Position numbers and translations under genes: made by a program
The notes under the pieces: model-generated
Told to the model about the DNA's origin: nothing
Seen by the model: the letters and a program-made list of their open reading frames with translations, nothing else
The model's database searches: none
In this document: piece by piece, positions 1 through 8,119 of the stretch
Numbering within the stretch: the stretch's first letter is position 1
Layout of the letters: the number at the start of each line of letters is the position of its first letter
Source: a virus
Taxonomy: Duplodnaviria; Caudoviricetes
IMG/VR virus record: IMGVR_UViG_3300022178_003337
Coordinates: 1 to 44,014 of that record
Reading direction: 5' to 3' (one strand)
Length of the DNA stretch: 44,014 bases

Positions 1-13
1 GAATTATTCTTGC

Positions 14-21
14 AATAAATA
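14..21 (+). promoter_or_regulatory. Putative T4-type late promoter variant (AATAAATA)
   Basis: NATAAATA box 36 nt upstream of ATG 58; same consensus as other boxes in the window. Confidence 0.5.
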
Positions 22-57
22 CTTTTGAATGAAGTTAATATAACTAGAGAGGTTGAC

Positions 58-1704
58 ATGAAGCAAATCCCCATTGATTTCAGAGAGGTCGTTGAATCCA
101 CAGTTAACATCACTCGTAATAAACTTGTAAAACACTACGGGGTTTCACCACCAGTTATTGATAGATGGGTCAAAGATACTGGGGTTTTAGTGGGGAGTGT
201 GTGCAAAGACGCTGACATTGATATAAACCAATTCTCAATCGACGTTCAATCGAATACGATGACTCAACTAGATATAGCTAAGAAGTACCATATGGACGCA
301 TCTACGGTGCCGAGAGTTTGTAAGCGCAACAACATTGAACCTAACATGAAGAGATTGCAATACACGCCCAGAGATGACTTTGAGCTGATGACCTCGCTAT
401 TATTCAGAGGTAAGGCGTCAACTGCTAGATTTTATAGCACAACAATATCTGCTATTAACGGGTGGTGCAATGCGAACAGCTTCACGGTGCCAAAATATCA
501 CGGTAGACGTAACAGGGTAGTTGATTCCATGTCAGATACTGTTGTCAATTTATATAATCAAGACCACACTATATCGTTCATCTCCAGCCTGCTTGATAGC
601 AATTCAGGAAAGATAAAAAGAGTGTTGCAAGATCGGGGAATCAACATCGTAACACAACAGGATAAGTGGGCGGCTGACAGACTATCTATAGCTAACAATT
701 TTGAATCGTATGTTGAGTGCAATCGACAGGGTAAAGATTTGATCCAGATATCTGAGGATCATGGTATATCATATGAGCAACTCAAACGCGAATTCTGGAG
801 ACGCAATCATCCTGTAACACTACACTCATATAACAAATCAAAAGGTGAGCTTGATCTCATAAAATTCATCACAGATCTTGGGGTGGTGGCAGAATCAAGA
901 AAATGGTCTTACGGTGATAAAACGTTCGAGATAGATTGTATGATTCCACACATGTCTTTGGGTATTGAGTACTGTGGCGAATATTGGCACTCGACTCAAG
1001 GTGGGAAGCAAAGAAAGTACCATCAACAGAAATATGAGTGGTGTAAAGATCAGGGAATCAATCTGATTACACTCTTCGAACATGAGTGGTATACTAAACG
1101 ACCACTGCTGGAGAATATGATTAAGTATAGGTTGGGGCTATGTCCAAATCGTGTTTTTGCTCGTAAAACTGAGCTAGCAGAAATATCGAGCTATGCTGCA
1201 AGAAAATTCCATGACGTCAATCATATTAGCGGTGGAATATCAGCATCTTCAATCAACATGGGCTTACATAATCAGGGAGAGCTTGTCAGCGTTATATCCT
1301 TATCCAAATCCCGATACAGCGATCACGACTTTGAGTTGATACGATATTCAACTAAACAAGGGGTATCTGTTGTCGGAGGATTTGGTAAGCTGTTTAAAGG
1401 ATTCACTGGAACGTGTTCACCTGGTACTACAATACTCTCATATTGTGATCTACGCTTTGGATCAGGAGGGGTGTATGACGCTACTGGATTCATATATTCG
1501 GGGACTACACCACCCAACTATTGGTACTACTATAAAAATGCTGGACCAACCGGTAGATTCGAGTCGAGAATAAAGTATCAGAAACACAAGCTGAAATCAT
1601 CACATAACTATGATGCATTGAAAACAGAGGAAGCTATAATGTCGGAGAATGGTTATTTAAGAGTATACGATTGTGGGTCATCAAGACATGTATACACTGT
1701 GTAA
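58..1704 (+). CDS. Free-standing Hef-like putative homing endonuclease: N-terminal HTH repeats, Vsr/DUF559-like nuclease, C-terminal GNAT/Mom-like domain
   Basis: ATG 58 follows GAGAGG SD (ORF track starts at TTG 25). About five HTH-like segments (e.g. TQLDIAKKYHMDASTVPRVCKRNNI). Nuclease motif FEIDCMIP..LGIEYCGEYWHS..YHQQKYEWC..GINLITLFEHEW. C-terminal ELIRY..VVGGFGKLF..ILSYCD..GGVY..GF..RVYDCG. Antisense to the tail operon. Confidence 0.75.
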   Translation: MKQIPIDFREVVESTVNITRNKLVKHYGVSPPVIDRWVKDTGVLVGSVCKDADIDINQFSIDVQSNTMTQLDIAKKYHMDASTVPRVCKRNNIEPNMKRLQYTPRDDFELMTSLLFRGKASTARFYSTTISAINGWCNANSFTVPKYHGRRNRVVDSMSDTVVNLYNQDHTISFISSLLDSNSGKIKRVLQDRGINIVTQQDKWAADRLSIANNFESYVECNRQGKDLIQISEDHGISYEQLKREFWRRNHPVTLHSYNKSKGELDLIKFITDLGVVAESRKWSYGDKTFEIDCMIPHMSLGIEYCGEYWHSTQGGKQRKYHQQKYEWCKDQGINLITLFEHEWYTKRPLLENMIKYRLGLCPNRVFARKTELAEISSYAARKFHDVNHISGGISASSINMGLHNQGELVSVISLSKSRYSDHDFELIRYSTKQGVSVVGGFGKLFKGFTGTCSPGTTILSYCDLRFGSGGVYDATGFIYSGTTPPNYWYYYKNAGPTGRFESRIKYQKHKLKSSHNYDALKTEEAIMSENGYLRVYDCGSSRHVYTV

Positions 1705-1705
1705 C

Positions 1706-1736
1706 GAAGGGGGCTTCTGAAGCCCCCTTCTATTTT
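1706..1736. terminator. Intrinsic terminator hairpin between the converging endonuclease gene and gp18
   Basis: Perfect inverted repeat GAAGGGGGCTTC-T-GAAGCCCCCTTC (1706-1730), followed by TATTTT on the + strand. Confidence 0.85.
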
Positions 1737-3492
1737 AGAATTGACCAACCACCTCATTGAATTCAACACCGGTTCTTACCGAAACGAAATTGAGTTGGAT
1801 GAAGTTGATAGAACGAGCCGGTTTGATGTAGATATCACCAATAAATCTATTAGTATCAATCACCTCAGCGGTGTTATTTGTAGCATCACACACAACCCTG
1901 AAGTCGAAGATTCCTCGACGACCTTGAACGTCTCTTAGGAAAGGCTCAACTAGGTTACGGAATTGTGCCCTTGTAAACTCATCGTTGAATTCGAAAAGAG
2001 AACGTCTGGACGCAATTGTGATCGTTTTCTCGAGGACAATGAACAATCTGCGGACATTGATGCGGTCGAATGCGCTTGGAGAGCCTTGGAACGTTTTATC
2101 ACCAAATAGAACCGCACCTTGACCAGGCTGCATTATAACTGGGTTGATGTAGCTCTTATACAAAGTACCTTGTTGAGTTTTGTTGGGATTCAAGGCCAGC
2201 TTGATGACACCCTTAAGAGACCCTCTATTGTATCCAGCAGGACTGAACCATGGGTCGCGAATGTCATCTGTGCGAGCGCATAGACCAGCAATGTCACCAT
2301 TGAGTGGAACCCAACGGTAAACATCCGCATATCTATCGTACTGATACTTGTATCCAGAATCAACTACAGCATATGATGAAGAGGACATCGTTGCGACTGC
2401 ATCAACAACGTCTTGAGCACTATATGTGTTTACTGTAGCAAGAGTTGGGGTGATAAGTGCAATACAATCTTTGCGGAACTCCACGATATTATCGATTATG
2501 TAGTTTGCAAGAGTGACGCTTCTTGGATGTCCCTCTAGGATTAGGGATACGTCAATATCCTCGCTTGATTTGAACAGATCGTATCCAGATGCAAGAGTTC
2601 CAACTGCGATAGTCTCTTCACCATCACCATCACTACCGGCTGTTAGGGTTTGATAACCATTGCCTGTAGGTGCTGCGGATCCTGCTCGGATAAATTTGGA
2701 ACGATTTTCAAGAGCATTTTCCCAGTAGTTCGTTGAACCATCTGAGTTCTTAGCTCCTACAACAGTTGATACACCATCGTAAACTTCCAAAATGGTTCCT
2801 GCTGTACCCGTGAATGAACCTCCTTCATCAACGACAACCACATGTAGAGTGTTAGCTGCAGGTGCGCCATCGAATAGGTCAGCATGTCCCCACTGATAAG
2901 AATAGGTGTCTGCGTATTGTTCTGTTCCAATATACTTGGATGCAAATTCTACTGCTGTATTTGCCCCATCAACAGTTAAGCTAGTAACACGCAACTCCTG
3001 GTCGTTACCACCAGTTTCGGTGAATACAACGACATCCCCGACTTCAATTGCCGCCGTGTTTGAAGTAATTACGCCAGTATTACTGGATGCGTCGATGGTA
3101 ATCGTTAAGGCAGAAACTGTTGCAGCATATGTGGATGAGTCGCAGTAAGCAACCTTCAGAGAATTGCCTAGCGCACCCTCGTAAACCGCGTCAAAATTGG
3201 TAGCATTAGCTGTTGCTCCATTAGCTGAAACGCGTACAACATAAAGACCATCACTGTATGAAAGGAAGTTTGCAGATGCAAACCAGCCCTCATAGTTTTG
3301 CCATGTTGTGTTAGCGTAAGGCTCACCGAAGCGCGAAACTAATTCGTTTTCTGAAGAGATGAGAATGGGCTCGTTAGTAGGACCCCACCGGTATACACCC
3401 GCTATTGCTCCCTCTGTAGTACCAACTGCTGGAACCACGGTAGTAAGGTCAATCTCACTGATGTTAACTCCTGGGCTAATTTGAAAAGCCAT
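1735..3492 (-). CDS. gp18: Tail sheath protein
   Basis: MAFQISPGVNISEIDLT start; PWFSPAGYNRG, LFGDKT, FDRINVRRLF, FEFNDEFTR, IYIKPARSINFIQLNF; SD AGGGAG. Confidence 0.97.
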   Translation of the reverse strand: MAFQISPGVNISEIDLTTVVPAVGTTEGAIAGVYRWGPTNEPILISSENELVSRFGEPYANTTWQNYEGWFASANFLSYSDGLYVVRVSANGATANATNFDAVYEGALGNSLKVAYCDSSTYAATVSALTITIDASSNTGVITSNTAAIEVGDVVVFTETGGNDQELRVTSLTVDGANTAVEFASKYIGTEQYADTYSYQWGHADLFDGAPAANTLHVVVVDEGGSFTGTAGTILEVYDGVSTVVGAKNSDGSTNYWENALENRSKFIRAGSAAPTGNGYQTLTAGSDGDGEETIAVGTLASGYDLFKSSEDIDVSLILEGHPRSVTLANYIIDNIVEFRKDCIALITPTLATVNTYSAQDVVDAVATMSSSSYAVVDSGYKYQYDRYADVYRWVPLNGDIAGLCARTDDIRDPWFSPAGYNRGSLKGVIKLALNPNKTQQGTLYKSYINPVIMQPGQGAVLFGDKTFQGSPSAFDRINVRRLFIVLEKTITIASRRSLFEFNDEFTRAQFRNLVEPFLRDVQGRRGIFDFRVVCDATNNTAEVIDTNRFIGDIYIKPARSINFIQLNFVSVRTGVEFNEVVGQF

Positions 3493-3539
3493 ATGAATTC
3501 TCCCTGTTTTCGTTATAGATTACAAAATCTTTGTCTATC

Positions 3540-3547
3540 TATTTATA
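3540..3547 (-). promoter_or_regulatory. T4 late promoter TATAAATA (gp18)
   Basis: Exact TATAAATA on the - strand in the gp17-gp18 intergenic gap. Confidence 0.85.
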
Positions 3548-3558
3548 GAATATCGGAT

Positions 3559-4689
3559 TTAGTAGTTGAACCACGTGCCTCCTACATCATCGGGAACATG
3601 CTCATCAAACTCGTTATTGACACTAAACCCCAGAGGAAGCATGTTTTGATCGACCTGTTCATCGTTCATTTGCTTGAGTTTATTCATTGTGTCAATATCA
3701 GTAATCTCTTTGAAAAAGCTTTGATCAGTCAACCAACCAAACAACACAAGTGGCATCACTAGATCATCATGACATCCCGACTCAGCCTCATAGGACACCC
3801 CTTTCCTGGAGAATGTCGATAACTCGTTGATTGTCAAAAAGTCATTAACTATTAACTGATCCTGCTCAATCATCATTTTCAACATGTTACACCCAACAGC
3901 CTTAACGGATTTGGTTGTGCGAATCCCCTTATCAGACTTTTTACCGAAGCCACCCGATATCCGCTTACCATTTCTACCATTGCTTTCAGTGTGTAGTAGA
4001 GCTTCTGTCTCGTACTCGTAATGTAGTATATCAGCCACTTGAGCTCCGATATCGTTAATCTCGACGAGGGTGTAGGCATCGTTGTAATTTTTAGTGGTTC
4101 GGTATATATAGTCGGCATAATCGATTGGGGTTGCCATGTTGTCTCTAAATGATGCAACTAGTCTATAGGGCATTTGTGTGACGTCGATCACCTGAAATGC
4201 GTGGTAGTCGAGTCCCTTCCCTCTTGAGACGTCAACCACACAAACATAAGTATGATCCTCCTTGCGGTTTTGATAAACTCTGAGTGTGCCACCAGTTTCA
4301 GCGATTGGATTAAGACTAACAAGATCCTGTAGCTTTCCACCATCAATTAGAGTCCCCGAACTCCCCAAGAATTGGCAATTATGACTGACAATATCAGAGG
4401 TGAGGTATTCGTGATTCATCTCCACTTCTAATGCATCGTATACACTGACGTCATCTTGATGATCGATAATGTGAGATATAGACTCAAACCCATCTACGGT
4501 GAGTATTGTGTCCCCAACATTTAATATATCAGCGGGTACAAATCCATGCACTTGTTTCAATAGATGATCTCGAGTACACTGGATAGCCTTCCCAGATACG
4601 GTGTACAATTTAATTGTCTCTGTAGATATCGACTTCTTAATGCCGGCAAAATCAGACCACCCTTCAGGGGTTTTAATTTCATACTTCAT
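3559..4689 (-). CDS. gp17: Terminase large subunit, C-terminal fragment: 104-aa split-intein C-half plus nuclease domain
   Basis: Own SD (AAGGA) and ATG. Intein blocks CTRDH and VYDALEV..VSHN|C. Extein CQFLGSSGTLI, VDVSRGKGLDY, LVEINDIG, GIRTTKSVKAVGC, GCHDDLVM. Confidence 0.93.
   Translation of the reverse strand: MKYEIKTPEGWSDFAGIKKSISTETIKLYTVSGKAIQCTRDHLLKQVHGFVPADILNVGDTILTVDGFESISHIIDHQDDVSVYDALEVEMNHEYLTSDIVSHNCQFLGSSGTLIDGGKLQDLVSLNPIAETGGTLRVYQNRKEDHTYVCVVDVSRGKGLDYHAFQVIDVTQMPYRLVASFRDNMATPIDYADYIYRTTKNYNDAYTLVEINDIGAQVADILHYEYETEALLHTESNGRNGKRISGGFGKKSDKGIRTTKSVKAVGCNMLKMMIEQDQLIVNDFLTINELSTFSRKGVSYEAESGCHDDLVMPLVLFGWLTDQSFFKEITDIDTMNKLKQMNDEQVDQNMLPLGFSVNNEFDEHVPDDVGGTWFNY
4378..4689 (-). 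mobile_element. Split intein C-half (IntC, 104 aa) of the atypically split TerL type
   Basis: YEIKTPEGWSDFAGI, block B T-x-x-H (TRDH), LNVGD, block F VYD, block G SHN followed by Cys+1. Confidence 0.9.
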
Positions 4690-6904
4690 TATGATCCTTT
4701 GCTGTGATGCCCCTACTGTTTAATATTTTACGAATATTAGCTCTTGTGACATTAAGCATTTCAGCATAATACACCACGTATAATTGTTTCCTTGTTAGTG
4801 CTTTACCGTTCGGCAATTTGAGACGACAAAAATCAACATCTTCAATGATGTCTCTTTGAGACGCCTTCACACATTTACGGATAAATTCACTGTTGAAATC
4901 GATGGTATCTGTAGTAAATGAATTATATATCTCTTTAGCTTGTTTATGTGATATTTTTCTTGGCGTCCAACATTTTCCTTTACGCTTCTTCGACCACTCA
5001 CACTTAGTTTGGTTTGTGTGTTTATAGGCATACAATTCGTTATATAGCTGTTGAATCTCAACGGTTCTCTCCTCACCCGTATCCTTGCATCTGATCGTTA
5101 CGAGTGAATCTCCTGTAACGCAAGAAAATTCTTGCGCGAACTTCTGGTTATCAAAATCCATGGAGGCAAGTGTTTCATTTTTCCACTCGAGATCTCTTCC
5201 GGGAACTCTTTGCCACGGCACCTCAATATATATGAAGCCGTTTTTACCTTGAGGACCCTCACTACCCTCCTCTAACTCTTTGGCTCCCATGCAAGTTTTG
5301 TAGAAGTGATTGAGCCCATTTGGGGTTGATGTAAACAACATCTTCGTCGTTTTACCAGACGACACTGTTGGAAGAACAGAAGCGAAGAACTCATCCCAAT
5401 TTTCAACGAAAGCCGTTTCATCAATATACAGGAAGGAACAGCTCTTACCACGAATCGCAGAAGATGAAGTAGCAGCAGCGATGATCTTGCAACCATTCTC
5501 GAATTCAACAGATCCCTTATTCCACTCTTCGACTCCTTGTTGGAGCCATGTAGGTAAAGCCTCATAAGCTATCTTCAAACGGTCAAGAATTTCGCGAGCA
5601 GCATCCCCTTTGTTTGCAAGTAGCGCTACTGTTTTATAGTCATTAAAAAGGACGTAATGGAGAATTACTGCGACAGCAGTTGTTGTGTTGTGAGTGGGAA
5701 TGTAATGGTGTTCGCACAGATACAAGTGACTTTCATTGTCTACCTGTATACACACCCCCTCTCGCTCGCCAATATACTCGATGTTTTGGATCGTTCGGCT
5801 CATCGAATATCGCGAAGCGGTTGCAGGAGCTCTGTCTGCTTTGTGGGCAATCCGACAGATCTTGAGATCAGACCCGCACCGAAAACTCAAACGCTCGCTA
5901 TTCGTTCCAGGACAAGCGAGTCTCGTCACCTTGACTCCTAGTGAGCAAAGCAACGTGTATATATCGTCAATCAGCCTTTGATTTTTTCGTGTAAGCTGTA
6001 TCGACCATCGCTTATCAGCAGAAATGAAACCATCTGTATCAAACAGTCCTTGAACTAAGGACAGGCGCTGTTCAACACTGCCGTAATGGTAATCATCAGG
6101 TATGTGTTTGGTAGGACCATTGTCGCGTGACTGTTCGAGAAGACCGTAGTAGCGAAGATCGCTCAGTGATAGTCCTTCGATGCGTGCTGTGTGCACGTTT
6201 GGACGTTGGTTACCCCAAGACGAGCCATCTCCTAACCAGCATCCAAGGACATACGGATCGATCAGTTGATCTCTCGCAGTATATTGTACTGGTTTGCAAT
6301 TGGGAATGTAGTAAGCATACTCGTAATAGCCGTGACTGTTTTTATGTTTCCAGCAACTGTTGAGGATCTCTTCAGTTGTCAGCACTTGCGGCTTGTGTAA
6401 ATCTTTCGCGCAATGACCTTCTCGATTGAAGCGCGAGTATACTGTCCAACGGTGGTTATCTGCACCTGTAGTGGAGCTACCATCGTCGAATGTGATCTTG
6501 TAGTATGGCCTTACTTGACGGTCGGATACAAATGACACGTTAACGGGATATCCATCGTCTCCGAAGACTTTATCCCCTACGCGTATGTCGCCCATAGTCT
6601 GAAACCCGTCGGGAGTCGGTATTACCGTATCCAACGTTTGCATCTTTCCTGCCTGTCTTGATGTATTAACAGTTACACGTCGATGATTGGTGATTGCACG
6701 AGTAATCTCTTTTTGATATTCATACATTTTGATTGGGATCAGCCCGTGATCAACATGGACAATTTGAATATACTTTTCAGCGAAGTATATGGGATCATTG
6801 GCACACTTAATATACTCTTCGACCATATCCGCCGTGAATTCAATCGGCGTTCCCTTTCGCTTCAGAGATAAGTTCCCGTTGTATCCCTTAGCTTGGACCA
6901 CCAT
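4679..6904 (-). CDS. gp17: Terminase large subunit, N-terminal fragment: ATPase with cis intein, ending in split-intein N-half plus fused extension
   Basis: GYNGNLSLKR, CANDPIYF, YEYQ, Walker A RQAGK|TTT interrupted by an intein, AIRGKS, Walker B LYIDETAF, FTSTPNGLNHFY, FAQEFS|C. Stop overlaps the start of the C-terminal fragment by 11 nt. Confidence 0.93.
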   Translation of the reverse strand: MVVQAKGYNGNLSLKRKGTPIEFTADMVEEYIKCANDPIYFAEKYIQIVHVDHGLIPIKMYEYQKEITRAITNHRRVTVNTSRQAGKMQTLDTVIPTPDGFQTMGDIRVGDKVFGDDGYPVNVSFVSDRQVRPYYKITFDDGSSTTGADNHRWTVYSRFNREGHCAKDLHKPQVLTTEEILNSCWKHKNSHGYYEYAYYIPNCKPVQYTARDQLIDPYVLGCWLGDGSSWGNQRPNVHTARIEGLSLSDLRYYGLLEQSRDNGPTKHIPDDYHYGSVEQRLSLVQGLFDTDGFISADKRWSIQLTRKNQRLIDDIYTLLCSLGVKVTRLACPGTNSERLSFRCGSDLKICRIAHKADRAPATASRYSMSRTIQNIEYIGEREGVCIQVDNESHLYLCEHHYIPTHNTTTAVAVILHYVLFNDYKTVALLANKGDAAREILDRLKIAYEALPTWLQQGVEEWNKGSVEFENGCKIIAAATSSSAIRGKSCSFLYIDETAFVENWDEFFASVLPTVSSGKTTKMLFTSTPNGLNHFYKTCMGAKELEEGSEGPQGKNGFIYIEVPWQRVPGRDLEWKNETLASMDFDNQKFAQEFSCVTGDSLVTIRCKDTGEERTVEIQQLYNELYAYKHTNQTKCEWSKKRKGKCWTPRKISHKQAKEIYNSFTTDTIDFNSEFIRKCVKASQRDIIEDVDFCRLKLPNGKALTRKQLYVVYYAEMLNVTRANIRKILNSRGITAKDHNEV
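4682..5032 (-). other. Probable homing-endonuclease remnant (NUMOD3-like basic motif plus HTH) fused in frame to IntN
   Basis: YKHTNQTKCEWSKKRKGK resembles NUMOD3; YAEMLNVTRANIRKILN resembles an HTH. No complete GIY-YIG or HNH catalytic motif seen. Confidence 0.55.
5033..5122 (-). mobile_element. Split intein N-half (IntN, about 30 aa)
   Basis: Block A CVTGDSLVTI..EERTVEIQQLYNEL directly after extein FAQEFS; block B is absent here and present in the next ORF. Confidence 0.88.
5687..6643 (-). mobile_element. Class 3 cis-splicing intein (319 aa) with LAGLIDADG domain, inserted in TerL Walker A
   Basis: Begins MQTLDTVIPTPDGF (no Cys/Ser1). WCT triplet: DNHRW, GVCIQV, IPTHN|T. Blocks C (YVLGCWLGDG) and E (LVQGLFDTDG). 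Confidence 0.9.
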
Positions 6905-7310
6905 TCTTTAATTCCTTCATCAATTTCTGTAGCTCAGCCGTCGAACCAACAAATACGTTATTGGTAATACTCTGTTGGTCATCTGACCCTGTAGCGCCGC
7001 CACCTTCATTTTTAATCTTCTTATTCCCCATCTCAACAAGATCTTTGTTAGCATCGACAAGGGTCTTCATGATAGTAGATATCACTTCGTATGCACGCGG
7101 ATGCTCAGATCCCTTTGCAATAGCCAACATATCTTCCAGAGCCTGCCCTCCCTTTTCAATTACGTTGTAAAAGTTCTCGCGGGCATATTGGTAATCTTCA
7201 TCTTGGTTGGAGGGGGAGCTTATTGCTGGAGGGGTGAAGTTATCATCAGGCGCTAACACCTCAAAGATGGGCTCAAGACCCAAGCTACTTCCTATTTTAT
7301 CATCAGGCAT
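6888..7310 (-). CDS. gp16: Terminase small subunit
   Basis: DYQYARENFY, SEHPRAYEV, TNNVFVGSTAELQK; located directly upstream of TerL. Confidence 0.93.
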   Translation of the reverse strand: MPDDKIGSSLGLEPIFEVLAPDDNFTPPAISSPSNQDEDYQYARENFYNVIEKGGQALEDMLAIAKGSEHPRAYEVISTIMKTLVDANKDLVEMGNKKIKNEGGGATGSDDQQSITNNVFVGSTAELQKLMKELKNGGPS

Positions 7311-8104
7311 TAAAGATCCTCAATAGTCACAATGTATGCCCAGTCATCATCAAAGTTGATGTCCTGGTACGCTATAGTTTCAGCTTGATCAGTTGTTGGC
7401 TCACCATTCGCTGTTAGTCCTGGTTGGACTGTGATTCTCTCAAACGGATCGTCTGCTGTTAGTGGAATGTAGACGTTAGCCTCAACAAACTTGATTATCT
7501 TTTTTGTGGTGGTTGGTCCGAAGTAGTAAGCCTTCATCGTGAAGCTTAGAGTCCATATCAGAGCACGCCGCTCTTCGAAAGCCCCTTCGTAAACGTCTTC
7601 CTTTGATACTGAATTCAGCACGATCGGTACATCAACAGGATCGAGGTCAGCGATTAACTGGACGGAGGGTGTAACCTCAGGTTTGAAATATGGGATTATC
7701 TGCTCAAGAATCTTAGTTCCGTCTTCATCGTATTTTGTCATAATATTAAGTTGAAATTCGATATCATATGGTGCAGGGACATATTGCGCAAGCAAAGAAT
7801 CGTTCGTTCCAGGAATACCACGAGTCAATCTCGTCAAGCTTCCCAACTTACGGGATGGGTTGTAGGCCATGTTTGTTATTTCAAAAGACATCCGAGGAAG
7901 AGTCATTGCTGGTGCATTCAAGCTAGGATCCTGTTCGAGTTTAGCTAGAATCTTTTGCATCGGTGCATAGTTGATTGGCACCTTGAAAGTTTGTATAGTA
8001 GTTCCAGCATTATCCTTGCGATTGATGATAATGTCGTTGAAATGTGTCCCGAACGTCGCAACATATTTGCGTGTCGTTTCATTGTAGAATGTGTTTCCAT
8101 ACAT
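7310..8104 (-). CDS. gp15: Tail sheath stabilizer / tail completion protein
   Basis: FYNETTRKYVATFGTHFNDI, KVPINYAP, TLPRMSFE, QILPYF-like EQIIPYFKP, WTLSFTMKAYYFGP; synteny gp13-14-15-16. Confidence 0.93.
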   Translation of the reverse strand: MYGNTFYNETTRKYVATFGTHFNDIIINRKDNAGTTIQTFKVPINYAPMQKILAKLEQDPSLNAPAMTLPRMSFEITNMAYNPSRKLGSLTRLTRGIPGTNDSLLAQYVPAPYDIEFQLNIMTKYDEDGTKILEQIIPYFKPEVTPSVQLIADLDPVDVPIVLNSVSKEDVYEGAFEERRALIWTLSFTMKAYYFGPTTTKKIIKFVEANVYIPLTADDPFERITVQPGLTANGEPTTDQAETIAYQDINFDDDWAYIVTIEDL

Positions 8105-8119
8105 TTAAATGCCCTCCGA

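Noticed and set aside
4679-4689. Terminase pseudogene or simple frameshift error
   Set aside because: The break falls between intein blocks A and B, the second ORF has its own SD and ATG, and all ATPase and nuclease motifs are intact, which fits a split intein.
4867-5076. Independent 69-aa ORF between the intein halves
   Set aside because: Alternative frame of the IntN extension with no recognisable motif; the NUMOD3/HTH-like patterns are in the main frame.
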